Counted from the stretch's first letter, positions 1-9,011 are shown. The stretch is 47,403 nucleotides of DNA from Candidatus Parvarchaeota archaeon (GCA_023380615.1 JAMCRO010000035.1:1-47403); one strand, 5' to 3'. Program-made: numbers and translations. The notes: generated by a model not told the origin, from the sequence alone.

Positions 1-84
1 GTCTCAAGTTCGAATGCAAGAGACATATTGGCAAAGGCTATGAACGAAGCCAATGCATTAAATAAAGTAATAGGAGGCAAATAA
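1..84 (+). CDS. rpl10: 3' end of ribosomal protein uL10 (P0), partial
   Basis: Frame 1 reads VSSSNARDILAKAMNEANALNKVIGGK*. It resembles the P1-binding helix of archaeal uL10 and ends 2 nt before P1, the conserved gene order. Confidence 0.65.
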   Translation, partial: VSSSNARDILAKAMNEANALNKVIGGK

Positions 85-86
85 AT

Positions 87-386
87 ATGGAGTATGTATA
101 CGCTGCAATGTTATTGAATAGCTTAGGCAAAGAGATTACTGAGGATTCACTTAAAAGTGTGATTGCCTCAACGGGTGCACAACCTGATGATGCTCAAATA
201 AAAGTAGTGGTTTCTGCATTAAAAGGAGTAGATATAAACAAAATAATAGAAGAAGCACAGAATGCGCAAGTGGCTCAGGCCCCTGCTGCACAGCCAAGCA
301 AAGAAGCAAAGAAAGAAGAACCGCACAAAGATGAAGGTAAGACTGCAGAAGAAGCAGCCGCTGGTTTAAGCAGTCTTTTCGGCTGA
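87..386 (+). CDS. rpl12p: 50S ribosomal protein P1 (L12p)
   Basis: MEYVYAAMLL N-terminus, Ala/Glu-rich hinge, C-terminal AAAGLSSLFG. Confidence 0.97.
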   Translation: MEYVYAAMLLNSLGKEITEDSLKSVIASTGAQPDDAQIKVVVSALKGVDINKIIEEAQNAQVAQAPAAQPSKEAKKEEPHKDEGKTAEEAAAGLSSLFG

Positions 387-434
387 AAAATCTATTTGTA
401 GAAAGATAAATAGTTTAAAGTATTAGATTAACGT

Positions 435-1211
435 ATGGTAGTATTAGTTACCAATGATGACGGTTACAAGACAGAAGGACTGCACACTTTATATAGGGCG
501 GCTAAAAAAGTTTTCGGTCCGGAAGTAATGGTTGTTTCGCCTGACAAACTCCAAAGCTCAAGTGGAATGAGTTTTACCTTCCATAAGCCTTTGCGGGTTG
601 AAAAAATAAACTACAACGGAATGCCTTGTTACACTGTATCTGGAACTCCTGCCGACTGTGTTTTCATGTCAATTTACCATCTTTTCAAACAAAAGGTTTC
701 AATGGTATTATCGGGAATAAATGAAGGAATGAATGCAGGACTAGAGACAGTATATTCCTCCGGTACAATATCCGCAGCGATGTTCGCCGCTATCTCTGAA
801 ATACCAAGTGTAGCGTTCTCAAAGAATCTGTCACAGGATATGAATCAAGCTGAAATAGACAAAAACATGACTAATTCGTATGAAAGTGTAGTTAAGATAC
901 TCAAAAACATAAAGACAAAGGGATTTCCAAAAAACATTGACATGATAAATATAAACCTTCCGCTAAAAATAAGCAAAAAAACCGAAATAAAGATAGCCAA
1001 GACGGACAAACGGGTTTTTGATGATGTGGTTGTAAAAAAGAAGGATCCAAATGGCAAGGATTATTACTGGCTGTATGGAACGCTTAGAAAAGATTTGGAC
1101 AAAAACGCGGATCTCTATAATTTATTTGATGGAAAGATAACTGTTACCCCCATAAAACTTTCAACCGTAGAAGAAATCCACCTTAAAACTTTAAGCAGTA
1201 TATTTACATAA
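435..1211 (+). CDS. surE: 5'/3'-nucleotidase SurE
   Basis: LVTNDDG, SGTPADCV, SGINEGMN, YSSGT motifs. Confidence 0.96.
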   Translation: MVVLVTNDDGYKTEGLHTLYRAAKKVFGPEVMVVSPDKLQSSSGMSFTFHKPLRVEKINYNGMPCYTVSGTPADCVFMSIYHLFKQKVSMVLSGINEGMNAGLETVYSSGTISAAMFAAISEIPSVAFSKNLSQDMNQAEIDKNMTNSYESVVKILKNIKTKGFPKNIDMININLPLKISKKTEIKIAKTDKRVFDDVVVKKKDPNGKDYYWLYGTLRKDLDKNADLYNLFDGKITVTPIKLSTVEEIHLKTLSSIFT

Positions 1212-1248
1212 ACATAGTTTATTATTCTTGAGTATTTTATTATTGGAT

Positions 1249-2388
1249 ATGGATAAAAAAAGGGAAATTTTGTTGTTAGCAGGCGCAATTGTAGTGGTAT
1301 TCCTTGTATACTTCCTTTTTTTCTATAATAGTGGAAAAGTCAATTCTGTAAATGACGCCCAGAATTCTATTAACATTTTTTACAGCAGCTGCGGTTCATG
1401 TAGCAATAACGCTCTAAACATCATTTATACCTTATTCAGTTCAGACAAATCTACATTAAAAACAGAAAATGTATCTTTTAACAGTTCTGAGGGGGTTTCA
1501 ATGGTCTCAAACTACTCCGTTACTGCACTACCAACAATGATAATAAATGAAACCAACAGTTCAGAAAACGTACTTGAAAGCTTAGTTTACTTGAATGTAT
1601 TTAACACAGAAGGAAACAAATTTGTACTTAACACCCCGTTTTTAGCAGGCCTCACAAAAGGCATAACATATTTTGATCTTATACAGGGAAAGGAAATAAC
1701 TGCATTTGACATATTTAATCAATCGAAAATATACAACAACACAAATGAAAACGTGGTTAATCCTTCCCAAATACTTTATTTATTCAACGGTAGCCAGTAT
1801 ACCTCAAAAAACAAAACATTGATAAGCTTTATTTACAGCAACTCAAGTTTCAGCGCAGTACAAAGCATGATACTCTACCAAGCTCTGACTGCATTCGGCA
1901 ACTTCAGTAATCTAAATGTTATGACATCTCCACTAATTTCATTTTCAACCGGAGAAACGCTTGGGAACACGCAGTTTTATCAAATAAACGGCAGCCGATA
2001 TGAAAGCTCTTATTTTGCCATAGAATCATCAAGTCTGGAAAACCTAAGCTCAAGTAAATATGTAAATACGCTTGAAAAAGAGTTGTTTGAGTTTGACCAG
2101 AATTCTGCTTACCCTTTTTTTAGCAATCTGGGCAATTTTATGCCATTTATTGATATAGGGGGCAGATACGTAGAGGTATCTTCCATGATAAACCCGATAA
2201 TTTTCGAAAATGATAACATAAACCAGATACAACAACTTATAAAAACCAACCAAACTGTAGGTAAAGCATTTAATGACAGTGTTTATTTTATGCAGACTCT
2301 TCTATGCAGTTACATAAATTACAATGAAAGCCCTTGTAATTCCATTCAGATAAAGAACGATCTAAAACAAATAAATTTACTTACTTAA
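1249..2388 (+). CDS. membrane-anchored extracellular thioredoxin-fold / DUF929-like protein
   Basis: N-terminal TM helix, CGSC followed later by VTALPTMII, C-terminal PFIDIGGRY, many N-x-S/T sequons. ATG at 1249 preferred over TTG at 1228. Confidence 0.55.
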   Translation: MDKKREILLLAGAIVVVFLVYFLFFYNSGKVNSVNDAQNSINIFYSSCGSCSNNALNIIYTLFSSDKSTLKTENVSFNSSEGVSMVSNYSVTALPTMIINETNSSENVLESLVYLNVFNTEGNKFVLNTPFLAGLTKGITYFDLIQGKEITAFDIFNQSKIYNNTNENVVNPSQILYLFNGSQYTSKNKTLISFIYSNSSFSAVQSMILYQALTAFGNFSNLNVMTSPLISFSTGETLGNTQFYQINGSRYESSYFAIESSSLENLSSSKYVNTLEKELFEFDQNSAYPFFSNLGNFMPFIDIGGRYVEVSSMINPIIFENDNINQIQQLIKTNQTVGKAFNDSVYFMQTLLCSYINYNESPCNSIQIKNDLKQINLLT

Positions 2389-3057
2389 TCCTTTAACAAG
2401 ATCGTTTATAACAGATTTGTAGTCATCCGTTTTAAGTATGCCTGATGCCACAAGAAGGCCATCACTTCCAAGCTCAATGCTTTTTTCTGCATCCTCTTTT
2501 CCTTTAACGCCAGCGCCTATCAATGCAAGAGACTCGGAATTTTGCTTCACCAAAGTGCAGAATTCTTTTACAATCTCTGGTTTTGAATTTGAAACAGATA
2601 CATTTCCACCTATTAATTCAGGAGGCTCGTATGCTATTCCTGTCGGCTTTATCTTTAATACTTCTCTTGCTTCTTCTAAATTCTGCACGCATACAAAGAA
2701 GCCCATGCCTGAAGCAGCGCATTTGTCAACTGCCATTTTTAGAGCAACGTAGTCAACCGGCCCATTTTTTGAAGAAGTGCATCTATTTTCAGAATGGTTT
2801 AAGAGCGTGCCTGCCACCCCCGCTTGTTTTAATTCAAACCAAGTTACATGACCGGTAAAGGCACCAGGATCCACTTCATTTACTCCTTGTGCTATGGTTT
2901 TAGATATTTTTGCTATATCCCTCAAAAGTGTAAAGGGCGGAGAAACTATGATGCTTACATCAGAAGTTTTTGCTAGCTCGTCAGAGTATTTTGCTATATC
3001 AAGGCCATTTGTAAATGCTTCTTTGTATGCCTTATAGTTTATTATTAGAGTTTTCAT
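2377..3057 (-). CDS. tpiA: triosephosphate isomerase, archaeal type
   Basis: INYKAY, LLNHSE, AYEPPELIGG, IGAGV motifs. Start may be 3057-3066. Confidence 0.96.
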   Translation of the reverse strand: MKTLIINYKAYKEAFTNGLDIAKYSDELAKTSDVSIIVSPPFTLLRDIAKISKTIAQGVNEVDPGAFTGHVTWFELKQAGVAGTLLNHSENRCTSSKNGPVDYVALKMAVDKCAASGMGFFVCVQNLEEAREVLKIKPTGIAYEPPELIGGNVSVSNSKPEIVKEFCTLVKQNSESLALIGAGVKGKEDAEKSIELGSDGLLVASGILKTDDYKSVINDLVKGLSK

Positions 3058-3877
3058 ATTCATCAATAAAATAACAACCTCTTGCTACATAAAACTTTCC
3101 CCTACTTATTTTTATTGTTATTTTTTTCCTTATTCTCCTGTCGTTTATTACGCTGTAAACGCTTTCTTTCATGAACTTCCAGGAGTTGACAAAACTTCCG
3201 CCGATTACTATTATCTCCGGATCCAGTATCAACATCATAGAAGAAAGATATAAACCGAATGTTCTGCCGATTTCCTCAAATGCCTTCAAAGCATTTTTAT
3301 CTCCTTTCTCTGCAAGCTTATGTAACTCCAAACCGTTGATGCCGTAAATCTGTTTTATGCTTTTTCCTCCTATCGCATTTTCTATGTCTTTTCCAGTGTT
3401 ATAATCGTAAATCATGTGCCCTGATTCAGTAGCAAATCCCCCTCCTTTGTAGATTTTTCCAGAATATATTATTGAGCTGCCAATGCCTGTTCCCCACACC
3501 ACTGCCAAGCCACTTTTATATTTTTTCAGACTGCTGGTATACAACTGATATATACCAAAGCAGTTTCCATCATTTTCTACTGTAATTTTCCTTGAAAAAC
3601 TCTTCATAAACTTAATAAAATTAAAGCCCAATAACGGCAGATTCGGTGAGAATATGACTTTACCATTATTATCAACCCTGCCCGCGATGGAAACGTTTAT
3701 TATTCCATTGGAGAATTCTAGATAATTCTTTATATTGTCACTTAATGCTTTTAGGAATAAATCCTTTGATTTTGGAGTATCTATCCTTTTGCTTTTTATT
3801 ATATGCCCAGGCCTGTCAATTATTGCGAATATAATTTTTGTGCCGCCTATGTCTATGCACAATTTGCCTTTTGCCAT
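3032..3877 (-). CDS. glk: ROK family sugar kinase (probable glucokinase)
   Basis: IDIGGTK, VENDGN, GTGIG, ESGHM motifs and glycolytic neighbours. Confidence 0.85.
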   Translation of the reverse strand: MAKGKLCIDIGGTKIIFAIIDRPGHIIKSKRIDTPKSKDLFLKALSDNIKNYLEFSNGIINVSIAGRVDNNGKVIFSPNLPLLGFNFIKFMKSFSRKITVENDGNCFGIYQLYTSSLKKYKSGLAVVWGTGIGSSIIYSGKIYKGGGFATESGHMIYDYNTGKDIENAIGGKSIKQIYGINGLELHKLAEKGDKNALKAFEEIGRTFGLYLSSMMLILDPEIIVIGGSFVNSWKFMKESVYSVINDRRIRKKITIKISRGKFYVARGCYFIDEYENSNNKL

Positions 3878-4623
3878 TAATCTTTTAATACGCTTTTTAT
3901 TTCCTTTATTCTTTCTACAGGATTATCACTTTGCCAGATATTTCTGCCTATTGCTATTCCGCTAAACCCAGCGCCGATTGCTTTCTTGACATGTTGCTCG
4001 ATATTTTCTGTATCCAATTTCTTGCCGCCTGCTAAGAAAACTTTTGTTTTATCGGCAGATTTTACCACCCATTCTAATTTTGAGTCGTCATCTGGATACT
4101 TCAATTTGACTATATCCGCTCCCATCTCAAAGGCCGCCCTTGCTGCATAAGAAACTATTTCGGGAGACTCATCATCCTGTATGTTTTTACCTCGTGGATA
4201 AGACCACATTATGACTGGTAAACCGATAGAATGCGCTTCTTCTTCTATTTTACCGAATTCCCGGACCATATATTTTTCATATTTGCTTCCCCAATATACT
4301 GTGTAACCGACTGCAGCCGCCCCTATTTTTACTGCCTCTGAAACGCTAGTATTCTGTGTTGAGAAAGGTTCTCCACCGTATAATCTTGTTTTGCCGTTTA
4401 ACTTAAGTATCAGCGGTATATTTATTTCCTTTTTATTGTAATAGTGCATTGCGCTTCCTTTTAAAAGTATAAGTGCATCAACTTCTGCCTTCTTGGCTAA
4501 GTCTACTATGTATTTTGGAGAGACATTAAGTTCGTTAAAATCAGTTGGGCCGTGCTCAAGCCCATGATCATAGGCTAAAAAGACCCCTCTCAGCGGTAAT
4601 TTTTCCATGCTAATTGTAAACAT
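3877..4623 (-). CDS. fba: class I fructose-bisphosphate aldolase (archaeal/DhnA type)
   Basis: AYDHGLEHGP, WSYPRG, Schiff-base DIVKLKYP, GRNIWQ. Confidence 0.9.
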   Translation of the reverse strand: MFTISMEKLPLRGVFLAYDHGLEHGPTDFNELNVSPKYIVDLAKKAEVDALILLKGSAMHYYNKKEINIPLILKLNGKTRLYGGEPFSTQNTSVSEAVKIGAAAVGYTVYWGSKYEKYMVREFGKIEEEAHSIGLPVIMWSYPRGKNIQDDESPEIVSYAARAAFEMGADIVKLKYPDDDSKLEWVVKSADKTKVFLAGGKKLDTENIEQHVKKAIGAGFSGIAIGRNIWQSDNPVERIKEIKSVLKD

Positions 4624-4630
4624 TTAGTTA

Positions 4631-5620
4631 TTATATAACTATCTTGCTCTTTGCTATTCTCAATTTCATATTTTCGAGAGGATATCTGCCAGTTATCCCT
4701 TCTTTTGCTCCATATTTCTGTATAACGTTGCTGGCGTTAAAACTTCCCGCAGTTATAGCCTGTTCTATGTCATTATTGTCATCGATGGCATTGATAAATG
4801 CAGATAAAAATGCATCCCCTGCACCGACAAAATTTATCTGCTTTGCTTTAAAAGTGTTGGCTATGTAAAGATTCTCTTTGGATAAAACAAGTGATCCTTT
4901 GTCCCCTTTTGTTATTATTGCCATTTCATTTACATATTCAGATAATTTCGAAAGATTATTTACATCATTTGCATATCCTACAAAAGTTTTAGCTTCATCG
5001 TCGTTCATACTTATTATATCCACGTACTTTAACACTGGGGCCATTTTCTTTAACTTTAAATTCAATTCAATCGAACCGGGATTAAGAACGGTTCTCATGT
5101 CATTTGCCTTAGCAAACTTCAAAACGTTAAAAAGAAGGTCTGTATTTTTACATGGTAAAGGCCCAATATAAAGCCACTTCGACTTAAAATCAAGATGTAT
5201 ATCTTCTAACGATAAAGTACTTTCTATACCGCGATGTATCAACAGAATCATATCGCCACTTGACGACACAACTATGTTTGAGAAAGGCGTTTCTCCGTTT
5301 GACACTTTTATAAGTTCAGTACTTATCTTCCGCTTGTTTAAATCATTCATCACAAACTGGCCATATTCATCGTTGCCTATCTTTGCTATAACCGCAGATT
5401 TCTTGCCGAAAGCAGAGAACGTAGCCGCTGCATTTGTCGCGCTTCCGCCGCTGAATTCTAGAACTTTGTTTACATCTATTTTCTTATCGGTAGGTATCTC
5501 AAGAAAATGCTTGTTTACTCCTGGTTTAAGTAATGCCTTGTCTAGAAACAGAAATGTATCTTTCGTTGCAGAACCCAAAGTAACAAAATCGAACATATCT
5601 TTATTGTTGTTTTCAATCAA
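4631..5620 (-). CDS. PfkB family carbohydrate kinase (candidate 6-phosphofructokinase)
   Basis: GGSATNAA, GNDEYG, NDDEA, GAGDAF motifs. Substrate inferred from context only. Confidence 0.85.
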   Translation of the reverse strand: MIENNNKDMFDFVTLGSATKDTFLFLDKALLKPGVNKHFLEIPTDKKIDVNKVLEFSGGSATNAAATFSAFGKKSAVIAKIGNDEYGQFVMNDLNKRKISTELIKVSNGETPFSNIVVSSSGDMILLIHRGIESTLSLEDIHLDFKSKWLYIGPLPCKNTDLLFNVLKFAKANDMRTVLNPGSIELNLKLKKMAPVLKYVDIISMNDDEAKTFVGYANDVNNLSKLSEYVNEMAIITKGDKGSLVLSKENLYIANTFKAKQINFVGAGDAFLSAFINAIDDNNDIEQAITAGSFNASNVIQKYGAKEGITGRYPLENMKLRIAKSKIVI

Positions 5621-5643
5621 TAAAAATATTTGCCGCCACGCTT

Positions 5644-5958
5644 TTACTGTGCTTTTTTGTCCTTATCCTGAATACTCTGTAGCCTATTGGTCAATTCATC
5701 TATCGACTTGGAAGAAGCTTTTAATCTAAAATCTATTATTTCCGATTTATCTTTAAGGTCTTTTAATATCTCATTTTTTTCTTTCTTAATCAATATCTGG
5801 CCTGACAATTGAAATAGATCAGAAGCATCCTGTGTTTTTTCAACCTCTTCTATTGTGCGCTTTAATTCATTGTACTGTAGCTGCAGAGTCTGTTTCTGCG
5901 TTGTCTCGACCTGCAAACGTTGTCTAAGTTCCTCAAATTCTTCTTCATTCATATTCAT
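5644..5958 (-). CDS. pfdB: prefoldin beta subunit
   Basis: Coiled coil, FQLSGQILIK hairpin, coiled coil. Conserved position after pcc1. Confidence 0.88.
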   Translation of the reverse strand: MNMNEEEFEELRQRLQVETTQKQTLQLQYNELKRTIEEVEKTQDASDLFQLSGQILIKKEKNEILKDLKDKSEIIDFRLKASSKSIDELTNRLQSIQDKDKKAQ

Positions 5959-6193
5959 TTATTGTCTCCAGCATTTTTATTGATTGCATTATACTATTGT
6001 TTACTGCAAGAAGCATATTGAAGTCATTTGCATTTATAGTTATACCTAAATTGTCTGATTTTAACTTTATTTGTGTCTTTACTCTTCTATCATTTGTAAC
6101 ATTGTAGGATAGAGCATGAAAAAGGTTGCGCAAAAGATTTTTGTCAAGCGTTAATCTTATGCTAGCGCTGAATGGATTACCTTGCTTTGACAT
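5945..6193 (-). CDS. pcc1: KEOPS complex subunit Pcc1
   Basis: 82 aa with ITINANDFNMLLAVNNSIM pattern, located between rpoP and pfdB. Confidence 0.8.
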   Translation of the reverse strand: MSKQGNPFSASIRLTLDKNLLRNLFHALSYNVTNDRRVKTQIKLKSDNLGITINANDFNMLLAVNNSIMQSIKMLETINEYE

Positions 6194-6317
6194 GGTGTCC
6201 TCCTTCGGGTTTTTTCTTTATTAAAACCCTACCGCCACAATAAGGACATCTAACTATATCTCCTACCTCAGATGAATCCACAGTAGCTCCACAATTAAAA
6301 CATTTGTATTTTGACAT
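6177..6317 (-). CDS. rpoP: RNA polymerase subunit Rpo12 (P)
   Basis: Hand translation MSKYKCFNCGATVDSSEVGDIVRCPYCGGRVLIKKKPEGGHHVKAR* (46 aa): YxCxxC...RCPYCG Zn ribbon directly after rpl37ae. Not in ORF track. Confidence 0.93.
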   Translation of the reverse strand: MSKYKCFNCGATVDSSEVGDIVRCPYCGGRVLIKKKPEGGHHVKAR

Positions 6318-6318
6318 T

Positions 6319-6513
6319 TTATATCACCTTTGAACTTAAGTTATAAGCATTATCTGCAATTACTAACCCGCAATGTTTGCATTTCCATATACCTGAGGAC
6401 TGACGCCTTATCGAAAGCTTTTTACACCTAGGACAAGCATATTTTTCGGATCTCTGCTGCTTTATTGCATCAATCCTTTTCCTTACACCTACACCGTATT
6501 TGGCAGTTCTCAT
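6319..6513 (-). CDS. rpl37ae: 50S ribosomal protein eL43 (L37ae)
   Basis: KYG..RKR, CPRC, GIWKCKHC Zn finger. Confidence 0.93.
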   Translation of the reverse strand: MRTAKYGVGVRKRIDAIKQQRSEKYACPRCKKLSIRRQSSGIWKCKHCGLVIADNAYNLSSKVI

Positions 6514-6584
6514 ATCTCATCATTTATTACTTTTTTATATTTAAAGCTTAGTTTATTATATTATAGTATAAAATGTATTAAATC

Positions 6585-7565
6585 ATGACTATGAAAGCAA
6601 ATAAATTTAAATACGTTATTTTGTTGCTGACAGTATTTATAGTTTTAATTATGGTGGGAAAAGCCAATGCTCAGCCATATTCCCAGGTAAGTATATTTGA
6701 CAACATTACACAGGTATCAAATCTTTATTCATACTCAACTGTTCAGTATACTATAACAGTATACAATATATCTTCTTCCGAATTCAACATAAGCCTGCCT
6801 TCAAACATAGAGAATCTAACGGTTTTAAATGGATTAACGTTTAAAGTTTACCCTTCTACAGACTGTCATACGTTTTCAGTTTCGAGCGGCTGCATATTGG
6901 TAGGTTTATACGACGTAGTTCCTGGAAAGCCGATAAACTTACAGTATAATTATTATCAGAATTATAGCAATACAAACGGCTCCTTTAATTCAACAATATT
7001 CTTTCTTCCGTCCAGCTTTACCCATTCGTTGAGTATCAAAATGCTCCTACCAAGTGGTGCATACATACCGAGTGGTGCATATGAAGTACCAAGCTCGACT
7101 ATAACACCAATAGGCAACCGTTTTGAGGTATCTTGGAATTTAATAAACCAAAGCTACCCAAATATTACCGGATATTACATAAATCTGCCTTTTGCAATTG
7201 AATATAACTTAAAATTAGTAAGTAAGAAACCTTCAAATCAAAATTATTACGTATATATTATACCTATAATTGTAATTTTAGGAGTGGTAATCGTTTGGTA
7301 CTTTTATCGCACTAAATCCAAACAAAGTTCCTTAAAGAAGCCAAAGAAAAAATCGAATAAAAAATTTGTTACGGGGTTATTAAACCGTGATGAAAAGACG
7401 GTTTTGGCGGCTGTTGATAAGACCGGCTTTACTTACCAGGCCGATATAATAAAAAAGACAGGGTTCTCGAAGATAAAAGTCAGCAAGATCCTATCAAAAT
7501 TGACAAATTACAAACTTTTAAAAATAAAGCAAGAAGGAAGAGTAAATAAAGTGAAGAGGCTGTGA
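6585..7565 (+). CDS. membrane-anchored protein with C-terminal winged HTH (putative one-component regulator)
   Basis: Signal peptide, glycosylated beta-rich ectodomain, TM helix, then LNRDEKTVL...QADIIKKTGFSKIKVSKILSKL...GRVNKV. Confidence 0.75.
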   Translation: MTMKANKFKYVILLLTVFIVLIMVGKANAQPYSQVSIFDNITQVSNLYSYSTVQYTITVYNISSSEFNISLPSNIENLTVLNGLTFKVYPSTDCHTFSVSSGCILVGLYDVVPGKPINLQYNYYQNYSNTNGSFNSTIFFLPSSFTHSLSIKMLLPSGAYIPSGAYEVPSSTITPIGNRFEVSWNLINQSYPNITGYYINLPFAIEYNLKLVSKKPSNQNYYVYIIPIIVILGVVIVWYFYRTKSKQSSLKKPKKKSNKKFVTGLLNRDEKTVLAAVDKTGFTYQADIIKKTGFSKIKVSKILSKLTNYKLLKIKQEGRVNKVKRL

Positions 7566-7900
7566 AAATGTTTAACAAAATGAAGGGCTATCGTGCTGAA
7601 AGGAACGTAAAATTAAATTTCATAAAAAGGGGCTGGAAAGTAGTAAGAGCTGGCGGAAGCTTAGGTGAATACGACATAATAGCATTCAAAAACGGAATCT
7701 GCATTTTTTTGCAGATTAAATCAACAAACAAGCGTAAATTTTACTATTACGGCTATATGGATGACAAATATGCTGGATTTCCTTTCAGACTTGTTGTACA
7801 TTTCAGCAGGGGAAGAACGGTCATACTCCCCCCTAAAAAGACAATATCTGAAGACGAAGGCGAGGATATAGATGCTTTTATAGAAAAATTAGAAGGTTAA
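7562..7900 (+). CDS. hjc: Holliday junction resolvase Hjc-like nuclease
   Basis: KGYRAER, VVRAGGS, DIIAFK, LQIKST motifs. Confidence 0.8.
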   Translation: MKMFNKMKGYRAERNVKLNFIKRGWKVVRAGGSLGEYDIIAFKNGICIFLQIKSTNKRKFYYYGYMDDKYAGFPFRLVVHFSRGRTVILPPKKTISEDEGEDIDAFIEKLEG

Positions 7901-7970
7901 CTGTTTCCAATAGTTTCCTGCAAATACTTTAATATAAACAAAATTAGAAAGGGATATGAGTTTTTTATTG

Positions 7971-8019
7971 AAGGGCAGTTTTTGGATACTCGGACTCAAA
8001 AACTGCTTTTTTATTTTTT
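7971..8019. terminator. stem-loop between convergent hjc and secG
   Basis: GCAGTTTTTG (7975-7984) pairs perfectly with CAAAAACTGC (7997-8006) and is followed by a T-rich tract on the + strand. Confidence 0.45.
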
Positions 8020-8185
8020 AACTGCCAAATACTAATTTTATTCCGACTACTACTATAACTAAAATAATACCAAATATTATTACTGTTCTTGGCTTGATAG
8101 TTATCTTGCTCTTATAATCCGAATAGTACTGAACCAACCCTCCAAATGAGGAAGGCATCCTTGTCTGTGCTTTTTTATTTAACAT
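8018..8185 (-). CDS. secG: preprotein translocase subunit Sec61beta/SecG
   Basis: Hand translation MLNKKAQTRMPSSFGGLVQYYSDYKSKITIKPRTVIIFGIILVIVVVGIKLVFGS* (55 aa): GLVxYY...KIxIxP plus one C-terminal TM helix. Not in ORF track. Confidence 0.9.
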   Translation of the reverse strand: MLNKKAQTRMPSSFGGLVQYYSDYKSKITIKPRTVIIFGIILVIVVVGIKLVFGS

Positions 8186-8196
8186 AATTTTATATT

Positions 8197-8739
8197 TTAA
8201 TCCGCATTACTATTAAACTTTTCGATGTGCACTATCCTGCTTAAATCAACTTTTGAACCGACGGTTTTCACTTCTCCCTCTTCTTTTATGTACCCTATTG
8301 GAATAATTCCTCTTACTTTGTATTTTTGAGGTATGTCTAAAAGTTTTTTGATTTCTTCCTGCTGCAAAGTTGCTATCCATGCGCTCCCTAAGCCGTAGCT
8401 GCTTACCATTAGAAGTAGATTTTCTATTGCAAGTGCTGCATTTTCAACGCAGAACGTTTCACTGTCGTCTTCATCGAATACTGCATCCATCTTTGACTTA
8501 TCACATATAACTATTATCATTAACGGGGCCGAGTCTATATGCGGTGTGAGGGAAATTTTGCTTATTTCACGTTTTACGTCTGCATTTGTGACTATAATAA
8601 ACTCATACTCTCTGACTCCTCCCGCAGTAGGAGACCTAACTGCCGAATCTATCAATTTAAGTATTATATCCTCACTTACTTCTTTGCCCAAAAAGGAATA
8701 AACGGTTTTTCTCTTAGTTATAGCGTCATACACATCCAT
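8197..8739 (-). CDS. nitroreductase family protein
   Basis: AITKRKTVYSF, RSPTAG, ENLLLMVSSYGLGSAW, IPIGY. Confidence 0.9.
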   Translation of the reverse strand: MDVYDAITKRKTVYSFLGKEVSEDIILKLIDSAVRSPTAGGVREYEFIIVTNADVKREISKISLTPHIDSAPLMIIVICDKSKMDAVFDEDDSETFCVENAALAIENLLLMVSSYGLGSAWIATLQQEEIKKLLDIPQKYKVRGIIPIGYIKEEGEVKTVGSKVDLSRIVHIEKFNSNAD

Positions 8740-8818
8740 AAGTTTTTAAATTAGCCGGTTATATATAAACATTACAAAGATTACGTGATTATAGTATACT
8801 TTAAGCGAAGATTAAAAA

Positions 8819-9010
8819 CTAAGAATAGTTCTCTATTACTTCTGCCAGTATTTTAGCCTTTCCGCCGGTTGGAGTTGCGAGGACTTCATTGCATACCAAA
8901 CACCTTACTTCTGTAGAAGCTTTTGTAAATATTACCTGCTCATTTTTGCATTTGTTGCACCTTACTTTTGAAAATTTGCCTTCCGATGGCCTGAATATAA
9001 TTTCTTCCAT
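8819..9010 (-). CDS. rps27e: 30S ribosomal protein eS27
   Basis: FSKVRCNKCKNEQVIF...CLVC...PTGGKA. Confidence 0.96.
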   Translation of the reverse strand: MEEIIFRPSEGKFSKVRCNKCKNEQVIFTKASTEVRCLVCNEVLATPTGGKAKILAEVIENYS

Positions 9011-9011
9011 T

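Noticed and set aside
7053..7081. Direct repeat AGTGGTGCATA x2
   Set aside because: It encodes a short PSGAY peptide duplication within a CDS, with no sign of a DNA-level function.
8018..8185. Pilin, because of the N-terminal KKAQ class III signal-like motif
   Set aside because: No hydrophobic stretch follows KKAQ; the GLVQYY motif and C-terminal TM identify Sec61beta.
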